Source of the DNA: the human T2T-CHM13v2.0 reference genome, Homo sapiens
DNA: 64,000 nt
Reading direction: 5' to 3' (one strand)
Assembly: GCF_009914755.1 (NCBI RefSeq)
Contig: NC_060927.1
The position numbers were made by a program, and so were the translations under genes. This document shows positions 27,171 to 41,770 of the stretch, one piece after another. The notes beneath the pieces were generated by a model. It made no database searches. It was not told the DNA's origin and was given only the letters and a program-made list of their open reading frames with translations. The number at the start of each line of letters is the position of its first letter. Within the stretch, counting starts at the first letter, position 1.

Positions 27171-29618
27171 GCTTTGCGTTTCTTTCCTTTTTTCTTTTGT
27201 TTCTTTTCTTCTTCTTTTTTTTTTAACCACATCCAGGAAGAGGAGAAACCTGTCTCATGACAGGAAACGAAGAGGGAGGATGCATCCGAACTGAGGGACA
27301 TTGTTTCAGTTGCCTCACCTGACATACTGTCTCACCTGAGAGAGGGAGGCCGAAGAGGCAGCCAATGGTGGCTGGAGCAAGCCCTGTCCTCGTTACCTGG
27401 GCTGTGGCTGAGCCCTGGGGCTCACCGGCTGTATGGCCCTGGGCAAGTCCTCGGAGCCTTAGGTTCTCTGCAAAATGGAGATGATGTTTAATAGAAAATG
27501 TTTCTATAACTTTTGTGGCTTACTTTTTGAAAAGCGAGGGAGGGACTTTTGTCCTTCCCTCCTCGCATCTCAGTCGCAGTGCTGGTTCACAATCAGGCTG
27601 TTAACGCGGTTTCCACATTTCCTGTCCTCCCCCTTCCCCTTTCCTGCTGGGAATAAGAAGGTGGGCCCCCAAGGAGACAGAGGGTACACTCGTAAATGAA
27701 AAAGAAAAGTCAGCACAAGGACCCTTTGCTGCGGAGATTTCTTTTTCCAGGTATCCTAAGTGGGGCTCTTGCCATCCCTGCCATCCCTGCTCTACACCGA
27801 AGGGGTGAAGTCCTGGGACTCTGTTATGCCCATCTGTATGTAATCCTAGGCAAGATTATTACAGTAGCGCTTTCCTCTTTTTAGAATATACCCTTGTCTA
27901 GCCCCTACCCCATCTTCAGGACAGTAAAGGTTCTCAACTCACTTCAAACCCTCCTAGCCGTCTAGAACAGTGGCTCACAACCGCAGACCCATAGGAAATG
28001 TAGGGCCATCTATGTAATAAATTTATCCGGATGTATTATAACAATTTTAAGGTTACACTTGTCCTTTCTTGAACAGGACAATTCTTTATTCTAAGACTAT
28101 ATGCTTCATAGTTTTAGTTATTTTGAATTGTCCATTCTGTTATGAAATACGATAGTTATTGTTGGTTGATGTCCTCTCTCAGAAAAATAAAAAATTAGCA
28201 GTCCTAGGTAGATCCCCCAAAATCTTTTAAACTTGATCTGTGAAATCCAAAAAGCTTGGGTACCATTGCTGTATTCCACATGTGGTTCACATCAAGGTTC
28301 CTTGTCCCTCCCAAGGAGATTTGTAGCTATTAAAAGAAACAAACAAACAAACATAAACAACAAAAACCCTTTCGAGAATCAGATCCTCAAAGAATGTTTA
28401 AGGATAGACGTGGAAAAACAAAGAGTGGGGAGAGGAGTCTTTCTCTACTCTCAACCCCTAGCCCTTAGTGTAGGTGAAGGCAGCACAGTTGTATCTATTC
28501 TAACTGGTATTTAGTATTGAGCATAACTTTTAATGGACGACTCCTTTTAGTAAAACAGAGAACCAATTTTGAATAAACCAAGGTCTCTTGGTCTCTCAGT
28601 TTGCAGATCAGCGGAATGGCTAAATGAAGGTGCTATACTTTACTTAAAAGGTGAAAATGTGTCATTTGGGTAAGCAATAAGCAGTACTCCTCATGTCAAT
28701 AGTGGCATAGTGTGGACTTATATGATGCCGTCTTAAATTAGGCCTCATTGGTTAATGTTTATTGAACACTCTCAGTGTGTTTGGTGCTAATTAAAATATC
28801 TTCAAGTCACAGAATCACTGCCTTCTAGTAACTAGTGATGCAGCAAGCTGTAACTGTTGAATCATACCTACCTATATCAACACAGATACTACACATGCAT
28901 ATTCATCTTTTTTGGATGCTAAGATAAAATTTTGCTTAAAATTCTTACTTAGTTGTGTGGGAAGTAGGGGAAAGGAAGATTTTTAAATTTGAAATGGTTG
29001 TCCTAGGATAGGAAACCATCGCAGCTGTCATGCACATTAATATTTTAGAAACACATTCACATATCATCTCTGTTGATCTTCCCAAGACGCTGTGACTCTA
29101 CAGGCTGATTTCAGAGATGTTGTTCCCCCTTTACAGGCAACATATTTTAGTGGCTTGCCCAAGGAGGCTTACCTAAGGCCACACTGCTGGGTCGGGAGTC
29201 TGCCCTGGGTCTGCCTCTTCCCACTCACACTGTTGCAGTCCTGTATTCTGGGAAGGCCTCTATGGGCCAGTCCCAGAGCCTTTGAACCAGGGGAGAAAGG
29301 GTGGAGGGGAAGCTAGCTTCTCCTAGTTCTGTATACCCAAGAATCCACCTGGTGGGGATGGCGGGGGTTGGGGGGGAAGGGGGGGACGGAAATGACTTAG
29401 CCTGAAGGCAGGCTGTTTGACAGCTAGGGCAAAACAGTGGCGAGAAGAAACTCAGGGAAAGGAGAGAGGAGCTACCAGTAATTTTCAAACTTCGCTTAAT
29501 ATTAGAATCACCTGGGAAGTTTTTAAAAATTTTTTTTGATGCCTAGCTGTCACCCATACTGATTAAATCAGAATCTCTGAAGGTGGAACTAGGCATTGGT
29601 ATTTTTAAAAGCTTCCCA

Positions 29619-29930
<312 letters not shown>

Positions 29931-30569
29931 AAGATTCCCAGGGTTTTAGAGTGTGTAGGCACATTTGAAGACAAGTGGCCTACAGCGATGCTCAGATTTT
30001 TGTGTGCATTTTCAATCACCTGTGGATCTTGTTAAAATTAGGGTCTGGTACAGTCAGCTGAGAATGTGTCGTGCTACTGTACAGATCCAGAAAAAGGAAA
30101 CACTGGGTGCTCGGTGGTCAGGAAGAGTTTTGTGAAGGAGAACAAGTCTGGGTGGGCTTTGGACATTGTGTAAGATCTAAAACTTAAGAAAGTATGAGAA
30201 TAGCATTCCCCTCTGGGAAATGAGACAGAGGCCTAGAAGTGGAAACGTCCAAGATATGTTTCAGGGGACCCTGCTGGTCCAGTATAACTGATGGGGAGAA
30301 GTTTTTCAGAGATCTGATCTTCCAAATTTAGCACTTGGCAGTTAACTAGCTATTGTTTTGGGTGCATTTGTGTTCTTCCCTCTTCAAGACCTTGGTGTTC
30401 AGAAACCTGTGTTTTAGTGCGTTTTGCCACACATGATGCTAAGCATTCAGCAGGTATTCAGAACATGACTGGAATCTTGCGTTTGTATCTGCTATTCCCT
30501 TTATGTTCTGACAGATACTTACCCTGATCACTCACTGATTTCCTTTGTGGCTTAAAGCTCAATTTCTGT

Positions 30570-30875
30570 CAGGTGGGTTGGCTCGCACCTGTAATCCTAG
30601 CACTTTAGGAGGCCAAGGCAGGTGGATCACTTGAGCTCACAAATTCAAGACCAGCCTGGGCAACACGGTGAAACCCTGTCTCTACGGAAAATACACAAAA
30701 AATTAGCCAGGCATGGTGGCACGCGCCTGTAGTCTCAGTTACTCGGAGGCTGAGGTGGGAGGATGGCTTGGGTCCAGGAGACGGAGGTTGTAGTGAGGTG
30801 AGATGGCGCCACTGCACTCCAGCCTGGGCGATAGAGCCAGACCTTGTCTCAAAAACAGAAGCAAAACCAAAAACC
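30570..30875 (+). mobile_element. AluJ
   Basis: Dimeric Alu with J-type GAGGTGGGAGGATGGCTTG. Confidence 0.9.
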
Positions 30876-30971
30876 ACAGCAAAAAAAACTCATGGTCACT
30901 TTCTCAGTGGGACTCCCTTTATTTAAATAGAATTTAAAGGGGCTTGACCACTCCATTTAAATTGCAACGTC

Positions 30972-31363
<392 letters not shown>

Positions 31364-32208
31364 TCACCAGTTCATGTATATTTTATCTTGTGTATATTTA
31401 CTTCTTTATCTTATTTACTCTCTGTCCCCTCCATTAAAAAGCAGGTCCACAGGAGCAGAGAATTTTGTTTGTGTTTGTTCACTGTGGTTTCCCCAGAGCC
31501 TAGAACAATATTGGATACTCCACAATTATTTGTTGAATGAATGAACAGTGCATATTGAATTGAATGCATATTACTTTTGGTGTTACCAGCACAAGTAAAT
31601 TCAACATTCAGAGGCAGGAGAAACTGAAATAATCCATCTTGCTACTGTTTAATTTTAGAAGAGACACTTAAAGCACTATTTGGTCATTAGATAGAAAAAT
31701 TTTGAATAACCTGTTCCAGAAAATAAATTGCCTTCCCAAGGATCATAGAGTTGTTTTTAGATGTCTCATATTAGAAATCCAGGAAAAATGTTTGATTTAA
31801 AAAATCAGATTTAAAAAAAATTAGTTTAAGAAAACCTCATAAAGCTACCAATGATTAGCTTGATATTGAACTATTTTAAAATATAATTATGGCTCAAGGG
31901 AAGGGAAAGAGTAAATGCCACCAAGTATAGCAGATTACTTGCAAATGAGACATTAAGAGGGGGGAAAACCGAATCTAAGAAGACAGTTCTGATGGTAGAT
32001 TAACTGGTGGATTGTGGAATTTGGGGTTGGAAGGGACTGTGAAGGTTGGAGGGTCCTGATGCTTGACTCTCTTGTCTCTGCATGGACATCTCCAGTGATG
32101 GGAAACTCCTACCTCACAAAGCAGACGATTCCATCTGTGAACAGTTCCAAATACTGGAGGGCCCTTCTTTCTTTTGAGCAGTTAGCAACATCCTTATACT
32201 GATTTTAG

Positions 32209-32652
<444 letters not shown>

Positions 32653-35600
32653 TAAGTAAATATGTGGCATATGATAAATGCTTTAAATAACTCCTAGAAA
32701 AATAATAATCATTATTATGATTCTAAAAGGTAACTATTAGACAATTAAATCACCTATGTTGGAACCTCATGACATGATCATATAGCCATCTCGTGTACCT
32801 TGGAAGGGACCTAAAAGTCGTATGGCAAGCCAGTCTGTCTGAGAATATAAATGAGTCCAGTGTGCACAGTCCCCAAAGGCTATCCAGAACTAGAGAGTTT
32901 AGGGGTGCCTGCCACTTTGCTGCCTTCTAGATCATGGTGGCCAATGGCCACCAAGTTTATCTTTCTTCACGGTTTAGTCTCTTGAGCCACATATCAATAT
33001 AGCCTGCATCAAGTTACCTAGAATTGCCCAACATGCCATTTCATGACCAGAACTACACGCACATGCCACAAAAACACCACAGGCTCCTGGAAGTCCTCTG
33101 TGAAATCTTTGGAGCCTTTGTGAGTGGGAGCAGCTAAAAATGAAACATTCAGGAGGTATTGAAAATACCTAGAAAATATAGAATGCTTGTTGCAATGGAT
33201 CTATACCTGGCTGGGATCCTTTCTTTGTGAGCCTGCAGAAGTTCTGAAAAAAGAAGTTTCTCTTTCTAGTTTTCTCCCCTCCTCCTTTGCAAGGCCCCAA
33301 ATCCAGCTATCCATAACCTCCTTCCACGGAGTCTCCAGTTATAAACAAAGGCCTCTCACAGGGCCTTCCCACCCCCAGCCAGCTGTATCCAAGGTTACAG
33401 TGGGGAACTTCGAAACAGGACTTGGCTCTCAAACAGAAGATGCCCTTCCTGCCCGCTCACAGAGCTCACGCTCATTCCACAGTGCCCAGTGAAAGGACAG
33501 ACTGTTCTGTGACTGAACCATGAGCGTATTGAGAGGAGTCTGTCCGCACTGTCCCCACCAAAGTGTTATCCAAGCCTCATTGTGTGAGTCCTCACTGGTG
33601 CTGAGAAACCTGGTAAATGAAGACCCTGTCTGGGTAAACAAACAAAGACGCTGAAGAAGTCAAAGTGGAGAAGAGAATGAGTCTGTGTCTATGCGGGGTG
33701 AGTTTCCACTATCATCGGTGACTCCATTTGCCAGTTGCTTCATAAAACCAACTAGTGTGGTAGATATTTCCATTCAATCGTCTGATTGTTTGAACTGATC
33801 TAATCACCCCAATTAGTGTTGTGGAGAGAGCCTTCAGGAAAACAGCAAATGAAGCTCAAAGGCAGGAGCTGCAGTTGGGAGAATGTAGAGGGTGGGATTT
33901 GTGTATTTTCCCATGTGCCTCTTCATATCTTTAGTGAATCAATTCAGCTATCCTAGAGAACCCAGAGCTGCCCAAGCTGCAGAGGATGGCATGGCTGGAT
34001 CTACCATTACAAAGCAGGGTGATGCCATCAGCTCAGTGTGCGGGCATCATAGGAAAAACCAGCCATCTTGTATTCCATACCAACAGCATGATAATCCCAT
34101 GACCCGATGGTCTGTGTTGCAGTGGCCAGGAAATCAGGCAGGGTGTGCATTCCTTCGCTGGGATAAGAACCATGACTCCTGGCTCTCAGTGGCTTTGTTT
34201 GTTTTTAGGGTTGTTTTGTGGTTGTTTACAGTGTAGATGGTTTCTTTCCACCATCAATTAGTAAACTCTAGTTTTGGAACCATAAACCTGGATTTATTAT
34301 TATGTTAGAGCTAATTTTCTGGTGAGCCTTAAGCAAGTCACCTCCCCTTGGAATCCCAGCTTCCTCATCTAAACAGTGAAGCAAATGGAGATTGTCTCCA
34401 AGTGACTGTCAGCTAGAGCCTTCTATGGTTCTGTGGGGAGGGCCCTTGTCCTCCTTTATCTCTTTATCATTTACCCACACCACTTAGGAGAAACTATAAC
34501 TAAATGGGCTTTGAAATGCTTTTAAGTAGACTGTTACATACACATATTACGCATAGGAACAGACCTGTTTTGTATATGTGCGATATATTTATAAAGTGTG
34601 TGCCTTTGAAAGCATTAAAAATAATCTCGGCTGTCAAACTCTTGCTTCACCAGGTTGCTTTCAAGCTACTTTCCTCCTTATCAATGGCTCCTTCAGATCC
34701 ACCACGCTGCACATTCTTCAGGAGGTGGCATGGCTAGTGGTGGGAGTGAGGTTGTTTATAATCTTTCAGATTAAAATGTCATTGGGTGCTTCTCTGAAAC
34801 TGCTGACATGGTTCAAATGTCCACTTCTGATGGCCTGCCCTTGGTCAAATGAGTTCCAGGGGTGCTTGGCTAAGACCATAAGGTCCACAAATCTGCCCCA
34901 GGGTCCCCATGCTAAATAATAAAACATTGTTTCAGCCCCGAGTCACATTTCTGTAGCACTCCATGATAGAGATGAGATAACTAATGTAGTTTACATGGTT
35001 GTATTTGGGAAAAAAAGACGATCAAAATCGGCCCTTTAATTACTTTTCTTCTGTGTGTATGTAGAGTATATGTTCTGAACAATTTGAGAGAAAAGAATAA
35101 AAATGGAATAGGTTAAGTGAAGCCGTATTAATTACTTTTAGACTTTAAATTTAAAAATACTTTAAATTTTAGACAAAACAGTAAAAAATAAAACTCTGAC
35201 TCCATGTTGGATTTTGAAAAGGAGTGAGGGAAGAAGGTGTATATATAGTACCTGCAAACGCTCATGAATATTCATGAGTCCTTGACTAGAATGAAAATCA
35301 TCAAAAACATTCTGAATCTAATGACAAAAAGAAAACAGCTCCAAGAGCCCTAAATTCACTATTTCCTCTGGCTTTTAATGTATTCAGGCATAATCACCTC
35401 TTCAGCCATTTTGAGGGACTTGAGATTGATAAAATATGATTTAACAAGGACAAAACAATTTTAGCAGGATTATGAAAATCAGGGCTGTCTTAAAGTTTGA
35501 CTCAGAAGAAACCTCATAGGGCAGCTAATCCCAGCCCAACCCAGTACAGGAATCCTGGACCCAGGAGTCATCCAGCTTCTGCTCAGCTTCTGCAGGGCCT

Positions 35601-35874
35601 GGCTGCCTGCACCGCCTCACTACACGGCCCATTCCCTTAGGTGAAGAGCTCCACGGGACTGAGAGTCCTTTCTACTACTGAGCTGAACAGCACCTCTGTC
35701 ATTTCTGTCTTTGGGTCCTGTTTTGCTTTCTAAGTCAGAAAGAATATGTTTCCATCTACTTCTGCTTGAAGCCCTTTAATTATTTTAAAAGTTATTACTT
35801 CGCCTTTAGATTTCTCTTTTCCAGGTTAAATCTGCCAGCTCCTTCAACCATTCTCCAAATGAGCTAGTGTTTAG

Positions 35875-36211
<337 letters not shown>

Positions 36212-36295
36212 GGATTCCCTGTATTTTAAGATGTGCTTCTACAAGCTGTAGCCAATCCTCCAGATGTAGTCTCTCTGGAGCAGAGTGCACAGGGA

Positions 36296-36301
36296 TCTCT
36301 T

Positions 36302-36389
<88 letters not shown>
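36296..36389. repeat. Compound (TC)n(CA)n microsatellite
   Basis: Adjacent TC and CA runs. Confidence 0.95.
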
Positions 36390-36392
<3 letters not shown>

Positions 36393-38251
36393 TGCACGCA
36401 CGACTTTCAGACCTGTATTGGTACTCATTACTCATGCAGCCTGGCTGAGTGAGCCTTTTTTTGGCAGCTTTGCCCTGCTGCTCACTCATGTTGACAAGTA
36501 GCAGGCAATTGTCATGGTCTTTGTCCCTGACTTCCTGACAGTGCTAAGCAGAGGTCAAGGTACTTTCACAGTGATAATGAGAACTTCCATTTACTAGTCC
36601 CTCCTCTGTGCCAAGCACTCTACTTGAAGTATAGCAGATGTTATTTAATTCAACCTATTAGGTAGATACTGCTATCTTCATTTTCCAGTTGAGAGCATCA
36701 AGGCTCAGCGAGGCTAAATAACTTGCCTAAAGTCATATAGAAGACTAAGGGCCAACTTGGATAAGAGCCCAGGCTCATCAGATCCCAGAGCCCATGCGTC
36801 ATCTATCGCATTTTGCTGCCCTCATCAAAGGTGCTATTTGTTCCATATGTTGGAAATACTGGACCCAAACAGCCCAACCCAGCATTCTGGGTTGAACCAG
36901 GCATGTTTGTTGGAAAGAAATATTGCTCTTTCTTCAAAAAGGGACTCTGAATTTTCATTAATATTAATTTTCCACTATGAACCTATTATCTGTGTATGTA
37001 TCCTAACTTTTTGAGAAGATATTTATGTTTTCTAACTGTTGTACATTTCTGGAAGGAGCCAAGGTTAGCAGCTCCCACTAGCATATTACTCACTGTGTAA
37101 AGGAGCATTTCTTTAGTATCTGAAGTTGTTCTGATTTTGCTGTAGTACTAGAATTTGTTCATTACGTTTACTCCAGCTATATTCTTTTTAAAAGTATTTC
37201 GTCTTTTCTGAGCTTTTTTCTTAATACATGTGATAAATGTTTATTTTAGAAAGTCCTACTTTATTATCATATTAGAGAGATGTCTAGCTTAGATTTGTGT
37301 AGCACTCTGCAGCCTTTGTAATCCGTGCCTCCCCACACTTTTCCTTCCCAACACTTATTACCTCCATTGACAGGTGAGCTCAGGGAGGTGAAGTGACTTA
37401 CCTAAAAATTCAGAGTCAGGAAGAGGCAGAACAGAAGCAGGATAGAACCTAGTTCCGACTCTCACCGTTTTATTCCTTTCTTTTCACCATGCTGCCTCTT
37501 GGTTCTTCGGGCTTTCAATTATTACACCTCATTATGAGAAGTGTTTTATGACTGCTACTTTGTGAGAAGTTAAGTACTGAAGTAAAATTGAAATAAGCTG
37601 CCAATCCTGCTCATTAAATGTGGTGGGAGGTTTAAATGACATTGCCTGCTTTATGTTTGGTCTTTGTTATCACCAACAGTCTCAGAGTCACTTATCAACC
37701 CTGGCACATGTGCACAGCATCTTGGAGAAGGATATGACCCAGATGTGCCCTAGACAGTGCCTCAACTCCTTTAAAGACAAAGAAGAGTGGAATATAGGCT
37801 CCTGGAGGGGGACTGATGCCCAGGGACCCCCTTCCCCCAGGCACAGTGAGACCTCTTGCCCTTCCAGCACCTTGCTGACTTCCCTTAGTGGTGTCCCTGA
37901 TACTTCATCTCCCGGCTCCCCCTCATCTCCTGTTTGGCTTGCCGTCTTGGCCCCCACTCCAGCCCCCACCCTGTCCTTTTGGCCTGGCTCCTTGGCAGGG
38001 CTCCTGTCGGACCAGACACTTGCGTGACTGCTGGTGCCTTTGGCTGGGCTCCCTTATCCCTGAAGCCTCTCTTCCTGGCTTCAGACCCTCACTGAGAACC
38101 CAGCTGCTGCTTCTGGAAACATCCAAATAGTAGCTCTCAGCTCCCTGGTGAGATGCTCTTGACAAAGGCCAAATTTCCCTGTGATTAGGGAGCTTCAGCC
38201 TTGGGGCTTTGTGGTCCCCTCGAAGTCATGCCTTCTGGGCCCATCTTCAGG

Positions 38252-38395
38252 TAGGGTGACCCATATAACTTATCATCCAAGTTGGGGCACCTTAAGAGTA
38301 GAAGGGAGTGCTGTTAATAATTTCATCTGCATGATAGGAATAAACAAGGACCATCCCTGGCCAGCAGGGATATGTTCCAGGTTGTAGTCAACCTG
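38252..38395. mobile_element. MER81-like hAT MITE
   Basis: TAGGGTGACC...AGTCAACCTG termini, ~140 bp. Confidence 0.6.
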
Positions 38396-39603
38396 ACTCT
38401 CCCATTGAACAACGAAGTCCACGTTTATTGGAGGCTGACTCTGCACCAAGCACTGCACTAAGCACTTTACAAGCGTGCATTATTCATTTAATTCTTACAA
38501 TAATCCTATATGTGTAATGTTGCCCTTATTTTACAAAGGAAGAAACTGAGGCCCAGAGAAGTTAAGTAATTTGCTTGAGGTCACATCAATTAAGTGGTAG
38601 GCCCTAGTCTGACTCTAAAGCCTTTACTTTTCAATCCTCCTTTTGGGTCCTGACCAGTAAGATAAAGGAATCAATAGAAATGAAACCCTTCAGTAGGAAG
38701 ACAATGGAGATAGTCTCCAAATTAAAAATGAGTTATGCTGTAGAAGAACACTTGTATGTTGATTGCTCAGAATTTGAAATTCATTTTCCCATGGGAAAAA
38801 AAAAAGATCTAAAATGGTGGTTAGGCTCTAAGCCCAGCCAACAAAAGTCTATGCAGACTATAATTTCACTGTGGCCTACTCCTCTATGTAATACTGAACT
38901 GGCATGGGAAGCAGAAGCCATAGATTTCTATCGTAGTTCTTTCACATACTGGCTATGTGACTTGAGACAAATTATTTAATCTCTCTGAGCCTCAGTCTTA
39001 TCAAAATTGAGATAATGTCTAGCTTCTAAAAAGTGCAAGAATCACAGGAGATAATGTACATAAAGTCTTTTTAAAAATAGCACTTATCACATTGTAGGAA
39101 CTGACCACCATTTATGACATTGCCAGGACGCAAGCCAAGTTTTGGAGAACCCTAACCCCGGTCCTCAAAGTGGAGACACTTTGAGGAGCCCCTAGGCCAG
39201 GGCAGGCCAGGGGATGTCTGTGGAAATGCGTTCTCCTTGGTGAAACCAGTGGCGCTGTGAGAAACATAGGAAGAGAATGGTATTGGGGAGGAGAACACAG
39301 GCTTCCACAGGGATTTGGGGCCCAGTTAGGCGAAGAGGAGTATGTGGCAGCCACACAGCAGTGGGGGTCTGCACTCTGAGGAGGAGGGGCATTGGTCTGT
39401 GGCTGCAAGGTAAGATAGCCTTGGGGGCAGTGTCTCCACAGCTGTCAGGAGTTGTTCTGGTTTTGGGGTTGGAAAGAGCAACAGACATTTGTACCTAGGG
39501 ATTGTTCATGGTTCATGAAGACAGCCAATCTGCAAATGGGCATCAACAGCTGCCCGAGTGCACAGGAAATCTAGATTCTGGGTTGAGTTTAAAAACGGAT
39601 TCT

Positions 39604-39900
<297 letters not shown>

Positions 39901-40344
39901 CAGAAATACTGGTTCTGAGTTAAGAAGTCTACAGAAGATTCATTTAACTATAAAAGGTTTTATTTCATATGAAATGGCTCTTGACTTCCTAAAATGGGTA
40001 TCACTTTATTTTTTAAATTCTTAAAATTTCTTGTAAGTCCCAAATTAGACTTTTCTCTACATATAAGCAATTTACATCAGCCAGTCGCTAGATGGGCCAT
40101 AGTGTAGATCTACACTGACCACGTCAGCAGGGATGTACCATCATGCAGCAGCGGGAGAGGGACACCTTGCATACCCAAAATAAGGGGATGTGTCGTCAGC
40201 AGAAAAGTTAAAAATGACAATAAAACCAAGAGTGGGTTTTAATCACCAAGCACTGATAATTCTAATATTGACAGTGATAAAATATTCCTCCCCACAAAAT
40301 ATTTTGTTGGTCTAAGTTCTAAACAATTGCTGCATTTACTGCTG

Positions 40345-41770
40345 GTTTTATTTTTAATTTTATTGAGATATAATTAACATACCACACAGCCACCTATTTA
40401 AAGTATACAAGTCAATAGTTTTAGTATAATCATATGCTATACAACAATGACCACAATCAATCTTACAACATTTGCATCACCCTCAAAAGAAACCTTATAC
40501 CCATTAATAGCCATTTCCCATTGCCCCACCTTCCCACCTACTCTCCCGGCCCTAAGAAACCATGAATCTAGTTTCTATCTTTACAGATTTGTCTATGCTG
40601 GACACTTCATATGAACGGAATCATCTGGCTTTTTGTTTCTGGCTTCTTACATTTACAATATTTTCAAGGGATATCCACATTAAAGCTTATGTTAGTACTT
40701 AAGTCCTTTTTATTACCTAATAATATTCTATTCTATGGATATACCACAGTTTATCCATTCATCAGTTGATGGACATTTGAATTGTTTCCACTTTTTGGCT
40801 GTTGTGAATAATGGTGCTGTGTCCAGAATTGGTGAGCTCTTGGTCTTGCTCACTTCAAGAATGAAGCCGCGGACCCTGGCAGTGAGTGTTACAGTTCTTA
40901 GAGACGGTTTATCTGGAGTTTGTTCCTTCTGATGTTCGGACATCTCCAGACTTGCTTCCTTCTGGTGGGTTCATGGTCTTACAGACGTCAGGAGTGAAGC
41001 TGCAGACCTTTGCGTTGAGTGTTACAGTTCATAAAGTTGGCGCGTCCAGAGTTGTTCTTTCCTCCCGGTGGCTTCATGCTCTCGCTGACTTCAGGAGTGA
41101 AGCTGCAGACCTTTGTGGTGAGTGTTACAGCTCATAAAGGCAGCACAGACCCAAAGAGTGACCAGCACCAACATTTACTGCAAAAAGCAAAAGAACAAAG
41201 CTTCCACAATACTGACGGGACCCAAATGATTTGCCACTGTGGGTGCCAGTGGCCTGCTTTTATTCCCTTATTTGGCCCCACCCACATCCTGCTGATTGGT
41301 CCATTTTACAGAGAGCTGATTGGTCCGTTTTACAGAGTGCAGATTGGTCCGTTTTACAGAGTGCTGATTGGTCCGTTTTTACTGAGTGATGATTGGTGCG
41401 TTTACAAACCTTTAGCTAGACACAGAGCACTGACTGGTGCATTTACAGTCCTTTAGCTAGACAGAAAATTTCTCCAAGTGCCCTACCGGATTAGCTAGAC
41501 ACAGAGCACTGATTGGTGTGTTTACAAACCTTTAGCTAGACACAGAGTGCTGATTGGTGCATTTACAATCCTTTAGCTAGACAGAAAAGTTCTCCAAGTC
41601 CCTCCCTGACCCAGAAGCCCAGCCGGCTTCACCTCTCAGTGCTATGAACATTTGGGTACAAGTTTGTATGCAGATATATGTTTTTATTCATTTAAGGTCT
41701 ATATATGCCTAGGGCTGGAATTGCAGGATCATAGGGTAACACTGTGACACTGTATTGACATTTTGAGGGA
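40345..41770 (-). mobile_element. Old L1M(B-like) 3' fragment interrupted by LTR12
   Basis: TTTATCCATTCATCAGTTGATGGACATTTGAATTGTTTCCACTTTTTGGCT..GTGCT | GCTATGAACATTTGGGTACAAG continues across the LTR. Confidence 0.85.
40818..41638 (-). mobile_element. LTR12 (ERV9) solo LTR
   Basis: Minus strand starts TGAGAGGTGAAGCCGGCTGGG and ends CCAATTCTGGACACA; tandem CTGATTGG (CCAAT) repeats at 41290-41560; 4-bp TSD GTGC at 40814-40817 and 41639-41642. Confidence 0.93.

Noticed and set aside
26017-27325. Multiple overlapping long ORFs (up to 230 aa) on both strands
   Set aside because: Low-complexity Pro/Gly/Arg/Ala frames expected from stop-codon scarcity in a CpG island; no recognisable domain.
40101-40116. 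Perfect 16-bp palindrome AGTGTAGATCTACACT
   Set aside because: About one such palindrome is expected by chance in 64 kb, and it contains no motif I recognise.
41280-41600. Regularly spaced repeats superficially resembling a CRISPR-like array
   Set aside because: These are the normal tandem CCAAT-containing U3 repeats of LTR12; no unique spacers and a eukaryotic context.
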